From an uncultured Candidatus Saccharibacteria bacterium (GTDB lineage Bacteria > Patescibacteriota > Minisyncoccia > Phycocordibacterales > UBA6065): 43,675 bases of DNA. The stretch spans positions 1 through 43,675 of the forward strand of contig CAZVHT010000036.1 of NCBI GenBank assembly GCA_964627275.1. The letters run 5' to 3'. The translations under genes and the position numbers were made by a program. Of the stretch, positions 26,731 through 35,989 are shown one piece after another. How positions within the stretch are numbered: position 1 is the first letter of the stretch; every line of letters begins with the position of its first letter. The notes under the pieces were generated by a model. That model saw only the letters and a program-made list of their open reading frames with translations, did no database searches and was not told where the DNA came from.

Positions 26731-27858
26731 ATGAAAATTCTTCTCACCGGTGGCGGTACTGGCGGACATTTTTATCCGATCATTGCCGTGGCGGAATCGA
26801 TCAGAAATATAACCAAAGCAGAAAAGCTCATAGAGCCGGCTCTCTATTACATGGGCCCAAAGCAGTATGACGAGAGAGCTTTGTTTGAAAACAGCATAAT
26901 ATTCGAGAGGTCGTATGCAGGCAAAATGAGGCGGTATTTTTCGCTTCTGAACATTGTGGATGCCCTAAAAACAGCTTTGGGTATCGTAAACGCTGTCATA
27001 AGCGTCTGGAGAATATATCCGGACGTCGTTTTCAGCAAAGGTGGCTATGTGAGCTTTCCCGTGCTCGTGGCCGCGCGATTATTGCGTATTCCGGTCATTA
27101 TTCACGAGTCTGATTCTCATCCGGGACGAGTCAATCTGTGGGCGGGCAAGTTCGCTGTAAAGGTTGCCATTTCATACAGAGAAGCGGCTGTATATTTTCC
27201 AAAAGAAAAAGTGGCTTTTACGGGCAATCCTGTCCGACGCGAAGTGATGGAGCCGGCACATGACGGGGCTCGTGAATTTTTGAAAATCACCAGTGACTTG
27301 CCGGTTATTTTAATTCTCGGCGGCTCCCAAGGTTCGCAAAGGCTAAACGAAGCTATCGTCGATATTCTGGGAGAATTGGTGAAGAAGTATCATATTATCC
27401 ACCAGACAGGCAAAGACAATCTCGAAGAGATTGCCCATACGGCCAGTGTCATTTTGAATGAAAGTCAAAACCGTGATCGCTACAAGCCGTTTGCTTATCT
27501 GAATACTCTCGCCATGAGGATGGCTAGTGGCGCCGCCTCTCTCATAGTTTCTCGCGCTGGTTCGCAAATATTTGAAATTGCTATCTGGGGTATTCCTTCT
27601 ATCATCATTCCGATTCCCGAAGAGATCAGTCATGATCAGACATCCAACGCTTTTGCTTATGCCGCGTCCGGCGCTTGTTCTGTCATAGAGGAAATAAATC
27701 TCACGCCTCATGTCTTGGCTTCGGAGATAGATCGCATTGTAAACAGTTCAGATATTCAGAAAAAAATGAAAGCCGGCGCCATGCGTTTCGCCCATCGTGA
27801 TGCTGCTCACACTATCGCCAGGGAAGTGATACGGATTGCTTTGTCGCATGTGAAGTAA
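26731..27858 (+). CDS. murG: UDP-N-acetylglucosamine--N-acetylmuramyl-(pentapeptide) pyrophosphoryl-undecaprenol GlcNAc transferase
   Basis: TGGGTGGHFYPIIAVAE, IHESDSHPG and ILGGSQGS. Confidence 0.92.
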   Translation: MKILLTGGGTGGHFYPIIAVAESIRNITKAEKLIEPALYYMGPKQYDERALFENSIIFERSYAGKMRRYFSLLNIVDALKTALGIVNAVISVWRIYPDVVFSKGGYVSFPVLVAARLLRIPVIIHESDSHPGRVNLWAGKFAVKVAISYREAAVYFPKEKVAFTGNPVRREVMEPAHDGAREFLKITSDLPVILILGGSQGSQRLNEAIVDILGELVKKYHIIHQTGKDNLEEIAHTASVILNESQNRDRYKPFAYLNTLAMRMASGAASLIVSRAGSQIFEIAIWGIPSIIIPIPEEISHDQTSNAFAYAASGACSVIEEINLTPHVLASEIDRIVNSSDIQKKMKAGAMRFAHRDAAHTIAREVIRIALSHVK

Positions 27859-27862
27859 AAAT

Positions 27863-27975
27863 AAAAGCAAAAGGAAAGCTCTTGTGGAGCACGGATATTT
27901 TCTTGCTAGAAAATATCCTCGGCTTCGTCGCCGTCGCTCCTCAGGCGTCTCCACGCGAGCTTTCCTTTTGCTTTT
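27863..27975. repeat. nested palindromic intergenic element E2 (family 1)
   Basis: A 19-bp perfect outer stem, AAAAGCAAAAGGAAAGCTC (27863-27881) with GAGCTTTCCTTTTGCTTTT (27957-27975). The core is GTGGAGCACG plus an 11-bp inner hairpin with a TGCT loop (27893-27918) plus a tail ending TCTCCAC. Confidence 0.85.
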
Positions 27976-27994
27976 AGTAGCTTTCAAAAGAGGG

Positions 27995-28000
27995 TATACT
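27995..28000 (+). promoter_or_regulatory. -10 box TATACT, 6 nt upstream of the gltX ATG
   Basis: TATACT-AGAGCC-ATG (ATG at 28007). Confidence 0.4.
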
Positions 28001-28006
28001 AGAGCC

Positions 28007-29422
28007 ATGCTTCGCCATATAACAGGCTTTTTTTCTAGGAGAAAGAAGGTAGTAACCAGATTTCCTCCCAGTCCTACCGGTTTTTTGCACATTGGTCGTG
28101 CCAGGACGGCGCTCTTTAATTATTTGTATGCTCGGCAAAATAGAGGCTTTTTTATTTTTCGCATAGAAGACACGGACAAGGCCAGATCAAAAGACGAATA
28201 TGAAAAAGACGTCATCAAATCTCTACACTGGCTAGGTTTATCGCATGACAATCACGAGGTTTGGCATCAATCAGAGAGAACCAATATCTATAAAAAATAT
28301 TTAGAAAATTTGATAAGAGAAGGCAAAGCGTATATCTCAAAAGAAGAAAATCTAAGGGAAGGGGAGAGAGCAGAAGTGATTAGATTTAAAAATCCAAATA
28401 TAAAAATAAAATTCACCGACCTCATCCGAGGAAATGTCGAATTTGACACCACCGAGCTCGGTGACTTTGTCATCGCTCGAGATATCAATGATCCGGTATA
28501 TCACTTTACTGTGGTTGTCGATGATTTTCTGTCTGGAGTCACTCATGTCATCCGTGGAGAAGACGGTGTTTCAAATACTCCGAGACAGATTCTCATAGAA
28601 CGAGCTCTGGGAGTGCCTCAACCTATATATGCCCACGTACCTCTCATCCTCGCAGCCGACCGGTCAAAACTTTCAGGACGACACGGAGCGATATCGGTCC
28701 GTGAATTTAGAGAAAAAGGTTATTTGCCAGAAGCATTGGTCAATTATTTGGCTCTGCTCGGCTGGAATCCAGGAACCGAACAGGAAATTTTTACTCTAGA
28801 CGAACTCGTCACCGCTTTCGATCTCTCCAAAGTTCAAAAGGGCGGGGCCGTATTTGACGAGAAAAAACTGCGCTGGATAAACAAAGAACACATAAAAAGA
28901 TTGTCAAAGGAGGATTTTGAGAAGGAATTAAAAAGGCGCATAGAGTCTTTGGAAAGGGTAAAAGATTTAGGCTGGAAAATATCAGATGAAATTATAGAAA
29001 AAATAGCTCCAGTGATTATAGACAGGATAGAAACGTACTCCGATATAGATAATATGATTACCGCGCAGGATCTGGATTTCTATTTTTCCGAGCCACAATA
29101 TGATTGCCTGTCCCTCAAATGGAAAGAAGAGCCGGATCTGTCTTCGGCGGAGAATCATTTGGATTTTATTAAATCTGAACTGGAAAAATTGCCGGAGAAA
29201 AATTGGAACGAAGAAAATATCAAAGCCATCGTTTGGCCGTACGCCGAAAATCAAGGCAGGGGAGCCGTCCTCTGGCCTCTCCGCTATGCTCTATCAGGCA
29301 GAGAAAAATCGCCGAATCCTTTTACTTTGGCTACTATTTTAGGCAAGAAAACAACTCTGAAACGCATAGAGAGGGCGCTCAAGTTATGTATTCCTATTCC
29401 CGTTGATGCAAACAAATCCTAG
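28007..29422 (+). CDS. gltX: glutamyl-tRNA synthetase
   Basis: TRFPPSPTGFLHIGRARTALFNY (HIGH region) and KLSGRHG (KMSKS-like). The longer ORF start at 27884 would translate through palindromic element E2. Confidence 0.9.
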   Translation: MLRHITGFFSRRKKVVTRFPPSPTGFLHIGRARTALFNYLYARQNRGFFIFRIEDTDKARSKDEYEKDVIKSLHWLGLSHDNHEVWHQSERTNIYKKYLENLIREGKAYISKEENLREGERAEVIRFKNPNIKIKFTDLIRGNVEFDTTELGDFVIARDINDPVYHFTVVVDDFLSGVTHVIRGEDGVSNTPRQILIERALGVPQPIYAHVPLILAADRSKLSGRHGAISVREFREKGYLPEALVNYLALLGWNPGTEQEIFTLDELVTAFDLSKVQKGGAVFDEKKLRWINKEHIKRLSKEDFEKELKRRIESLERVKDLGWKISDEIIEKIAPVIIDRIETYSDIDNMITAQDLDFYFSEPQYDCLSLKWKEEPDLSSAENHLDFIKSELEKLPEKNWNEENIKAIVWPYAENQGRGAVLWPLRYALSGREKSPNPFTLATILGKKTTLKRIERALKLCIPIPVDANKS

Positions 29423-30707
29423 AAAAATTCTCGGAGAATACAGAAAATTATTTGCGATCCTACTTTTTTTGACGGTCTTTTTTATTTCCCATTTTGTTTT
29501 TGCCGAGTCTGTGGAGGAGTTGCGACAGAAAATTGCCGATAACAATAAAAAAATAGAGGAAATCCAAAATCAGATAGAGCAGTACTCGATCCTCCTCAAT
29601 TCAACCTCGAAAGAAGCTCAAACCCTCAAAAACACTCTGTTGGTTCTGGAATTAACTCAAAAGAAATTGGAAGCGAATTTGACTTTGACTTCGACTCAAA
29701 TATCAAAGACAAAATTGACTCTCACCGAATTGAACGGCGACATAACTCTGGCTGAAAAAAATATAAATAAAGCTCTGGTGGTTATAAGTGAAAACATCCG
29801 TGCTACAAACATGACCGAATCACAATCGATTATAGAAGAATTGCTCGGCAGAAAGAGTATTTCCGAAACATGGGATTATGTAAACGCTATCCATACTATC
29901 CAAAGCCGGGTGAAAATTAATCTAGAAAATCTGCGCGATTTGCGGGCAACTCTGGCTGTGAAGAGGGATCAAGCGATAGGGGAGAAGACCAAACTGGAAT
30001 CATATCAAAGAAATCTCTCCGATCAAAAAAAAGTGGTTGTTACAACCAAACAAGAGAAAGATAAACTCCTCAAAGACACTCAAAGTAAAGAATCAAACTA
30101 TAAAGCTATTCTCACAGAGAAAATAAAGCAAAAGGAAACATTCGAAAAAGAACTTTTTGATTATGAGTCACAATTGAAAATCACTATTGATCCATCGGCC
30201 ATTCCCAGCGCTCGATCGGGAATACTTTCATGGCCTCTCGATAAAGTATCTATTACTCAATATTTCGGTAAATCGATTTCAGCTAGGCGACTTTATGTTT
30301 CCGGTAGCCATAATGGCATAGATTTTCGCGCTCCTATAGGCACGCCTATCAAGACGGCTCTATCGGGCATCGTGACAGATACAGAAGCGATTCGCACCAA
30401 GAGCGGCTGCCAGTACGGCAAATTCGTCCTCATAAAGCATCCGAATGGCCTTTCCACCATATATGGCCATCTCTCTCTGGTTTCCGTACAACCCGGCGAT
30501 ACGGTCATAACAGGCGATATCATAGGCTATAGCGGGGATACGGGGTATGCCACAGGGCCGCATCTCCACTTTGGTCTCTATGCTACCCAAGGTGTTCGTA
30601 TAGTTGATTCCAGTTCTCTGGGCTCATCCCGTTGCGCTGGTATAAAAACTATAGCCGCGCCTCCGGTCGCTTATTTGGATCCATCAGCCTATTTATCAAA
30701 GCTGTAA
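29406..30707 (+). CDS. M23-family metallopeptidase with an N-terminal coiled-coil (EnvC-like)
   Basis: Signal/TM segment and long coiled-coil. The C-terminus carries HNGIDFRAPIGTPI...GHLS...GDTGYATGPHLHFGLY. Confidence 0.88.
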   Translation: MQTNPRKILGEYRKLFAILLFLTVFFISHFVFAESVEELRQKIADNNKKIEEIQNQIEQYSILLNSTSKEAQTLKNTLLVLELTQKKLEANLTLTSTQISKTKLTLTELNGDITLAEKNINKALVVISENIRATNMTESQSIIEELLGRKSISETWDYVNAIHTIQSRVKINLENLRDLRATLAVKRDQAIGEKTKLESYQRNLSDQKKVVVTTKQEKDKLLKDTQSKESNYKAILTEKIKQKETFEKELFDYESQLKITIDPSAIPSARSGILSWPLDKVSITQYFGKSISARRLYVSGSHNGIDFRAPIGTPIKTALSGIVTDTEAIRTKSGCQYGKFVLIKHPNGLSTIYGHLSLVSVQPGDTVITGDIIGYSGDTGYATGPHLHFGLYATQGVRIVDSSSLGSSRCAGIKTIAAPPVAYLDPSAYLSKL

Positions 30708-30839
30708 CCTCGGACATTACATAGACATTGACAAAAAATCAGCGAAGCGTAGTTCTGATATTGATTCCTCTTTGCAAGTGTAAGCTCGCCGAGAGGGATT
30801 TTTTTTGGGATAACTTGGCTTTTAGGCCAAGAATATCTC

Positions 30840-30848
30840 TGCTATAAT
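30840..30848 (+). promoter_or_regulatory. extended -10 box (TGCTATAAT), 7 nt upstream of ATG 30856
   Basis: TGC-TATAAT-TTAATGT-ATG. Confidence 0.45.
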
Positions 30849-30855
30849 TTAATGT

Positions 30856-31173
30856 ATGATCAAATGGATAATAATCATTCTCATTACCATCATCGTCTTG
30901 AGTTTTTTTGGTTATGATTTGAAAGCTATTATTGATTCGCCACTGACGCAAAAAAACCTCAATTATACAAAGAGTGGGGTAGAGTATGTCTGGGACGGCT
31001 ATTTGAAAGGTCCTCTCACCTATCTCTACAAAAATATTTTCATAGGCATACTCTGGAAAGCTTTTATTCATAATTTGGGTAGGATAGATGCAGGAGCGCC
31101 GACTGAACTGGAAAATGTTGGACAGAGGCTTCTCAAAATAGGGGATCAGCCGTATCGGCCGATAGATCGGTGA
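30856..31173 (+). CDS. hypothetical small membrane protein
   Basis: N-terminal TM helix (IKWIIIILITIIVLSFFGY). It is preferred over the antisense ORF 30739..31071 because of the leaderless-type promoter arrangement. Confidence 0.45.
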   Translation: MIKWIIIILITIIVLSFFGYDLKAIIDSPLTQKNLNYTKSGVEYVWDGYLKGPLTYLYKNIFIGILWKAFIHNLGRIDAGAPTELENVGQRLLKIGDQPYRPIDR

Positions 31174-31296
31174 TATTTACAAGAAAGGTATTATATAAAT
31201 ATCGTAGTTATATTTTATATTACCGAAAAGATATATTGTGCGACATAGATATGAGATAGATATAGACCCCTTCCCTACATATAATTTACAACAAAC

Positions 31297-31396
31297 AAAA
31301 AACAGCAGGTACAAAGTACGAGTCGTGAGGGAGAGGGGTTGCCCTTAGGCAAGGGTCCCCTCCCGAACGACGAGGATTTTGTACCTGCTGTTTTTT
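31297..31396. repeat. nested palindromic element E6 (family 2), likely bidirectional terminator
   Basis: AAAAAACAGCAGGTACAAA (31297-31315) pairs with TTTGTACCTGCTGTTTTTT (31378-31396). The GC-rich nested interior begins GTACGAGTCG. It sits between convergent genes. Confidence 0.85.
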
Positions 31397-31405
31397 TTGT
31401 TTTTA

Positions 31406-31843
31406 TTACTTCATGGCAATCTCACGGTATTTCTTCCAGCATTTTCCAGAACTGACCCATGGAGTGTCGCCGTATTTGTCATAGAGCCATTTGGCGTAGC
31501 CGAGGTTTCCGTCGAATGTGTAGATGTCGAAACCGAGTTTGACGGCATCTCCCTCGTGATAATATCTGTTGATTTGCATTATACCTATATCACCTTTATT
31601 TTTTTCGCCTTTGATGACGTTGCCGTGAGAGTCGAATTGTCTAAAGGTTGATTCGCATTTTGCTATCTCTGCCAGAATCGGATCGTCCGCGAAATAATCG
31701 CGCACGTACGCTTCTACGGATACAGAGGTGAGAGGATAATTTGCTGATATTGCCTGCTCTATTGTCGTGTCACTCCTATCGCTCGCGATTGCCGGTGAGA
31801 ATACAGAGGCGAGCATGAGAAATGTAGTTGTAAGCTCTATCAT
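31406..31843 (-). CDS. secreted lytic-transglycosylase-like (lysozyme-like) protein
   Basis: N-terminal signal-like segment. CESTFRQF...GDIGIMQIN resembles the SLT/transglycosylase catalytic Glu-Ser and GxMQ motifs. Confidence 0.6.
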   Translation of the reverse strand: MIELTTTFLMLASVFSPAIASDRSDTTIEQAISANYPLTSVSVEAYVRDYFADDPILAEIAKCESTFRQFDSHGNVIKGEKNKGDIGIMQINRYYHEGDAVKLGFDIYTFDGNLGYAKWLYDKYGDTPWVSSGKCWKKYREIAMK

Positions 31844-32053
31844 AATTTGAGGTTCAAAGTTTTTGAAGTATTTACCCTATCGGCTTGCGCCTTTGAGAGT
31901 AAAAGCCTAAAAAACAAATCACCAGAGTAAAAGCTCTGATGTGCCTCCATTGTAGCACCTATCGGTCAAATTGTCAATAATTCACAAGTAAAAGAGAGAT
32001 ATGTCAAACAAAAGTGCCTCTATAAATTGGCCATTTTGTGGTTTTACAGACCT

Positions 32054-32434
32054 TTACAACAGACCTTTACAATTGCCAGCGGGGCTATAACCAGCCTTCT
32101 CGGCCTCTATTTTAGAAGAAAACCAGATTTTATTGGCCTGACTTATCTTTTTTGCGCCTGGACATGATGGTAAATGGTATTTTGTGCCTGATTTGGAACC
32201 GACATACAACCCTCGGCTATTTTCTGTTGGTATGGTGGTTTGAATTGTTTTGACAGTTTTCCAGTCTCCCCTTTCAATGGCAATTGGTTTTCTATTTGCT
32301 TCTATAGAAAAGATTTTGCCTAGAAAAAATGAGCTTATGCCCACAAAAATGATGATAAGAATAGTATATGTATGTCGTTTGTCGAGAATGCGACCCAAAG
32401 CCTTGATTTTTGATATATGTTCCTGTATATTCAT
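32054..32434 (-). CDS. membrane-anchored protein with a C-terminal Cys-rich metal-binding-like domain
   Basis: One TM helix. The C-terminus is GTKYHLPSCPGAKKISQANKIWFSSKIEAEKAGYSPAGNCKG (YH-x-x-x-C ... C pattern). Confidence 0.5.
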   Translation of the reverse strand: MNIQEHISKIKALGRILDKRHTYTILIIIFVGISSFFLGKIFSIEANRKPIAIERGDWKTVKTIQTTIPTENSRGLYVGSKSGTKYHLPSCPGAKKISQANKIWFSSKIEAEKAGYSPAGNCKGLL

Positions 32435-32454
32435 GGCTCAAGCATACAACAAAT

Positions 32455-32727
32455 ATGGCAACCAAAAAATCAGCAGGCACGACCAAAAACGGTCGCGATT
32501 CAAATCCACGATATCTCGGAGTCAAACTCTATGCCGGCGAGACAGCCAAAATCGGCTCTATCGTGATCCGCCAAGAAGGTCTCAATACTCTCCCCGGCAA
32601 AAACACCGCTCTCGGCCGGGATTACACTATTTATGCGACAAAAGATGGCATCGTAAAAAATTCAACAAAGAGAAAAGTTGGTTTCAATAACAAGACAAAA
32701 GTAAAAAACATCGTGTCGGTGGAATAA
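32455..32727 (+). CDS. rpmA: 50S ribosomal protein L27
   Basis: MATKKSAGTTKNGRDSNPRYLGVKLYAGE... This uses an internal ATG of the listed ORF. Confidence 0.9.
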   Translation: MATKKSAGTTKNGRDSNPRYLGVKLYAGETAKIGSIVIRQEGLNTLPGKNTALGRDYTIYATKDGIVKNSTKRKVGFNNKTKVKNIVSVE

Positions 32728-32756
32728 ACCAAAAAACACAGTTTATCTTGTTCGTT

Positions 32757-33200
32757 TTATTTTGTCGTAATTTTCAAGACAAAAGCTGCTTTCTGGCCAC
32801 CGGCGGAGACTTCTATTTTGTGCTCGCCAGTTTCTTTTATGGGTTTTTCCAGCTTTATAAATTCCGGCAGGACGTCCATGCCGGTTTGTTTTTTTACGAT
32901 GAGAGCAATTTCTGCCGTGTGAAGCCCCGCAAAGAGGTGGCCTTTATCGTTTGCCGGCAAAGTCACTTCCATCACTGCGTCAGCGAGAGATTTGAGATTT
33001 TTTGAGAGCAAATCCTCGCGCACTTTTTTGTCCGTCTCTTCCCGTCTTCTCACTTTTTCTACACGCCCGAGAGCTTGCGCTGTTGCCACTTCAGCCATGC
33101 CTTGCGGTATGAGGCTATTTAGAGCAAAACCGTCTGCCACCGTCTTTATGTCATGTTTCTTCCCTACCCCTCTTATATCTTTGATCAAGACGATTTTCAT
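32757..33200 (-). CDS. rplI: 50S ribosomal protein L9
   Basis: MKIVLIKDIRGVGKKHDIKTVADGFALNSLIPQG. Confidence 0.88.
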   Translation of the reverse strand: MKIVLIKDIRGVGKKHDIKTVADGFALNSLIPQGMAEVATAQALGRVEKVRRREETDKKVREDLLSKNLKSLADAVMEVTLPANDKGHLFAGLHTAEIALIVKKQTGMDVLPEFIKLEKPIKETGEHKIEVSAGGQKAAFVLKITTK

Positions 33201-33217
33201 AGTCGTACCAGATTACC

Positions 33218-34477
33218 TCATGGCTCTTTTGAAAGCAATTCCACTGCCTTGTCCATTTGCTTGTCTTTTTTATTCTTTACATCCTCCGGAGTTACCTCTA
33301 CGACGTAGTCAGGCCTAATTCCCTGTTGCGATATGGAATGGCCTTTCGGCGTGAGCCATTTTGCGATTGTCACTTTGAGGGACGTGTCAGGCGTGATGTT
33401 CACCAATTCCTGAACCGAGCCTTTGCCAAAAGTTTTTGTGCCTACCAGTTTGGCTACACCATTTTCAGACAGAGCGCCGGCTAGGATTTCAGAGGCTGAA
33501 GCAGAGCCGCCGTCAACCAAAATAATCGTGCGTAATTTATCGGAAAAAATATTATAACCCTTGCTCCTATAGGCGCGCTCTTCCCTGTCTCTGCCGAATT
33601 CTTCGCGCACGACCACTTTGCCACTTGGTAAAAACCAAGACGCCATATCAACGGCCGCCTCCAGATATCCTCCGGGATTGCCGCGCAAATCAATGATCAG
33701 TTTATGTGAACCGGAGTTTATAAATTCTTTCAGAGCGTTTCGGAAGAGATTGGCTGAATTAGAACTGAAACTATAAAGAGAGATGACAAATATGCCGTCT
33801 CTACGCAATGCCACGCCACCTACATTGTCGCCGCCGACCGTTTCGTTTTTTGTCGTCGTTTTCACTGTCGGTAAATCTATGGTGGCGCGAGTGATAGTTA
33901 CTTCAATTGGATTTTTCACGCCTTCGCGAACCAGAGTCAGTTTCACGTTTGTACCCGCTTTGCCACGGATCATTTGTACTGCTTTGTCCGTCGGCATAGT
34001 GAGAGATTCCTTGCTATTGATCATCAAAATAAAATCTCCTGCTCTGACCCCGGCCATTTCTGCGGGAGAGTCTTTTATAGGTGCCACGACGACGAGCTTG
34101 TTGTCTTTGACTCCTACTTCCATGCCGACGCCTTCGAAATTGCCGGCAATTTCACTCTGAAAAATTTTCGACTCGGCGGGTGGAAAAAAAACAGTATAAG
34201 GATCGCCGAGCGAAGCCGTCATGCCCTCTATGGCTCCCCAAACACGATCTTGGTCAACGGTCGTCGTGCCGGCGTATTTCTGGTCTATGATATTCCAAGC
34301 TGTCCAGAAAGTTGAAAAATCCACGTTCGTGGACTTGCCTATGTCTTTGTTTATGATAGAAGTGGCCAGATTTGGAGGAGGCACAGAAACACGGCCTGAC
34401 TGAAAGCCGACAAAATATGAAACGGCGATGACAACTATCAATACAGCGCCGAGCGAAAGTCGTTTTGATGAATTCAT
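33218..34477 (-). CDS. ctpA: carboxy-terminal processing protease (S41)
   Basis: PDZ segment, LRGNPGGYL, GGSASASEILAGAL and an N-terminal TM anchor. Confidence 0.88.
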   Translation of the reverse strand: MNSSKRLSLGAVLIVVIAVSYFVGFQSGRVSVPPPNLATSIINKDIGKSTNVDFSTFWTAWNIIDQKYAGTTTVDQDRVWGAIEGMTASLGDPYTVFFPPAESKIFQSEIAGNFEGVGMEVGVKDNKLVVVAPIKDSPAEMAGVRAGDFILMINSKESLTMPTDKAVQMIRGKAGTNVKLTLVREGVKNPIEVTITRATIDLPTVKTTTKNETVGGDNVGGVALRRDGIFVISLYSFSSNSANLFRNALKEFINSGSHKLIIDLRGNPGGYLEAAVDMASWFLPSGKVVVREEFGRDREERAYRSKGYNIFSDKLRTIILVDGGSASASEILAGALSENGVAKLVGTKTFGKGSVQELVNITPDTSLKVTIAKWLTPKGHSISQQGIRPDYVVEVTPEDVKNKKDKQMDKAVELLSKEP

Positions 34478-34516
34478 AAGGCCGATTATAATACAAACAG
34501 TATACTATACCAATAT

Positions 34517-35902
34517 ATGGATATCGAATTACACAATACTCTGTCGGGAAAGAAAGAAAAATTTGTGCCACTCCGACATGGTCTCTTTGGAAAGCCCGAG
34601 GTCGGCATGTATCACTGTGGGCCGACGGTTTATAATTATATTCATATCGGCAATGTCCGTGCTTTCTTCTTGGCGGATACGGTTCGACGGGTGTTTGAGG
34701 CAAACGGCTATAAAGTAAATCAAGTGATGAATATTACCGATATAGGAATGCTTGAAAACGATAACGCCGAGGATAAAATGACCTTGGCCTTGAAACGTGA
34801 AGGCAAGCCGCTTACTCTAGAAGCCATGCGCGAACTCGCGGATTTTTATACCAAAGCATTTGTCGCTGATTTAAAAGCTTTTAATATACAGATTCCCCAC
34901 AAGCTGCCTCTCGCAAGCGAGCATATCGAGGAGGACATTGAGATTATTCGAAAGCTCGAAAAAAAAGGACTGACATATAAAATCATCGACGGGATATATT
35001 TCGACATTTCCAAAATCAATGATTACGCGAAATTAGGCGGAGTTGGAGAAACAAACGAGATAAAGAGTCGCATCGGCATGAATATCGAAAAGCGCAATGT
35101 TCGCGACTTTGCCCTCTGGAAGTTTAACGAGAATCTCGGTTGGCGCTCGCCTTGGGGTAAAGGTTTTCCGGGATGGCACATTGAGTGTTCGGCTATGTCC
35201 ATGAAATATTTGGGAGAAACGTTCGACATTCATACTGGTGGCGTCGATCTCATACCTATTCACCACAACAACGAAATCGCACAGTCTGAACATGCGACAA
35301 GTAAACAATTCGCCCGATACTGGCTTCATAATGCTTTTGTTAACGTCGGTACTGAAAAAATGGCAAAGTCAGCCGGCAATTTCATCACACTCAAATCTCT
35401 GAAAGAACAAGGTTATAACGAACTTGCTTACAGGTACTTCTTGCTCCAGGGACACTACTCCACGCCCTTGAATTTCAGTGACTACTCTATGGAATCATCT
35501 TCAACGTCTTACAAACGTCTTCGAAATTTAGTATCAGAAATGCCTCCCGGTGGAAAGATATGTAAAAAACAAGCAGATCTCGCCATCAAGTATATGTCTC
35601 ATGATCTTGATACTCCGGCAACTCTCGCTTTGGTGTGGGACATTCTCAAGATGAATGACATCATTCCCGCAGACAAAAAAGCTACAATTATCGAGATTGA
35701 CGAAATGTTGGGATTGAAACTCGGTGAGCGAATAATGAAGACAGAAGAGATTTCCCAACAAGTTAAAAATCTCGTACAAAATCGAGAGAGTGCTCGTGAT
35801 GAGAAAGATTGGGCCAGAGCAGATGCTCTGCGAGATCAAATAGAAGTTCTCGGTTACAATATCAAAGACACTCCAGCTGGTCAGAAAATAGAAAAGAGAT
35901 AA
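34517..35902 (+). CDS. cysS: cysteinyl-tRNA synthetase
   Basis: [16 protein letters not shown] (HIGH region), WHIECS and KMAKSAGN (KMSKS). Confidence 0.93.
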   Translation: MDIELHNTLSGKKEKFVPLRHGLFGKPEVGMYHCGPTVYNYIHIGNVRAFFLADTVRRVFEANGYKVNQVMNITDIGMLENDNAEDKMTLALKREGKPLTLEAMRELADFYTKAFVADLKAFNIQIPHKLPLASEHIEEDIEIIRKLEKKGLTYKIIDGIYFDISKINDYAKLGGVGETNEIKSRIGMNIEKRNVRDFALWKFNENLGWRSPWGKGFPGWHIECSAMSMKYLGETFDIHTGGVDLIPIHHNNEIAQSEHATSKQFARYWLHNAFVNVGTEKMAKSAGNFITLKSLKEQGYNELAYRYFLLQGHYSTPLNFSDYSMESSSTSYKRLRNLVSEMPPGGKICKKQADLAIKYMSHDLDTPATLALVWDILKMNDIIPADKKATIIEIDEMLGLKLGERIMKTEEISQQVKNLVQNRESARDEKDWARADALRDQIEVLGYNIKDTPAGQKIEKR

Positions 35903-35974
35903 ACTGTTTTGTTTCTCTTCCCCACCTTCTCCCCATCTTATAAACTTTATTTTTTCTCTGATTTTTTATCCGGG

Positions 35975-35983
35975 TGTTACAAT
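35975..35983 (+). promoter_or_regulatory. extended -10 box (TGTTACAAT), 6 nt upstream of the dnaB ATG
   Basis: TGT-TACAAT-GTCTCC-ATG (ATG at 35990). Confidence 0.45.
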
Positions 35984-35989
35984 GTCTCC

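Noticed and set aside
27884-28006. N-terminal extension of gltX in the ORF track (MEHGYFLARKYPRLRRRR...).
   Set aside because: It translates straight through palindromic element E2. The conserved GluRS sequence begins after M at 28007, which also has a -10 box 6 nt upstream.
31877-31970. Short duplicated words (CCTATCGG twice, GAGTAAAAGC twice) in the divergent intergenic region between the SLT-like gene and the Cys-rich protein gene.
   Set aside because: These are 8-10-mers only, with no consistent spacing or symmetry, and are compatible with chance in a 200-nt AT-rich spacer.
32250-32690. A 146-aa plus-strand ORF overlapping both the Cys-rich membrane protein gene and rpmA.
   Set aside because: It is out of frame with the clearly recognisable L27 sequence and antisense to the minus-strand gene. 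Its composition is basic and Arg/Ser-rich.
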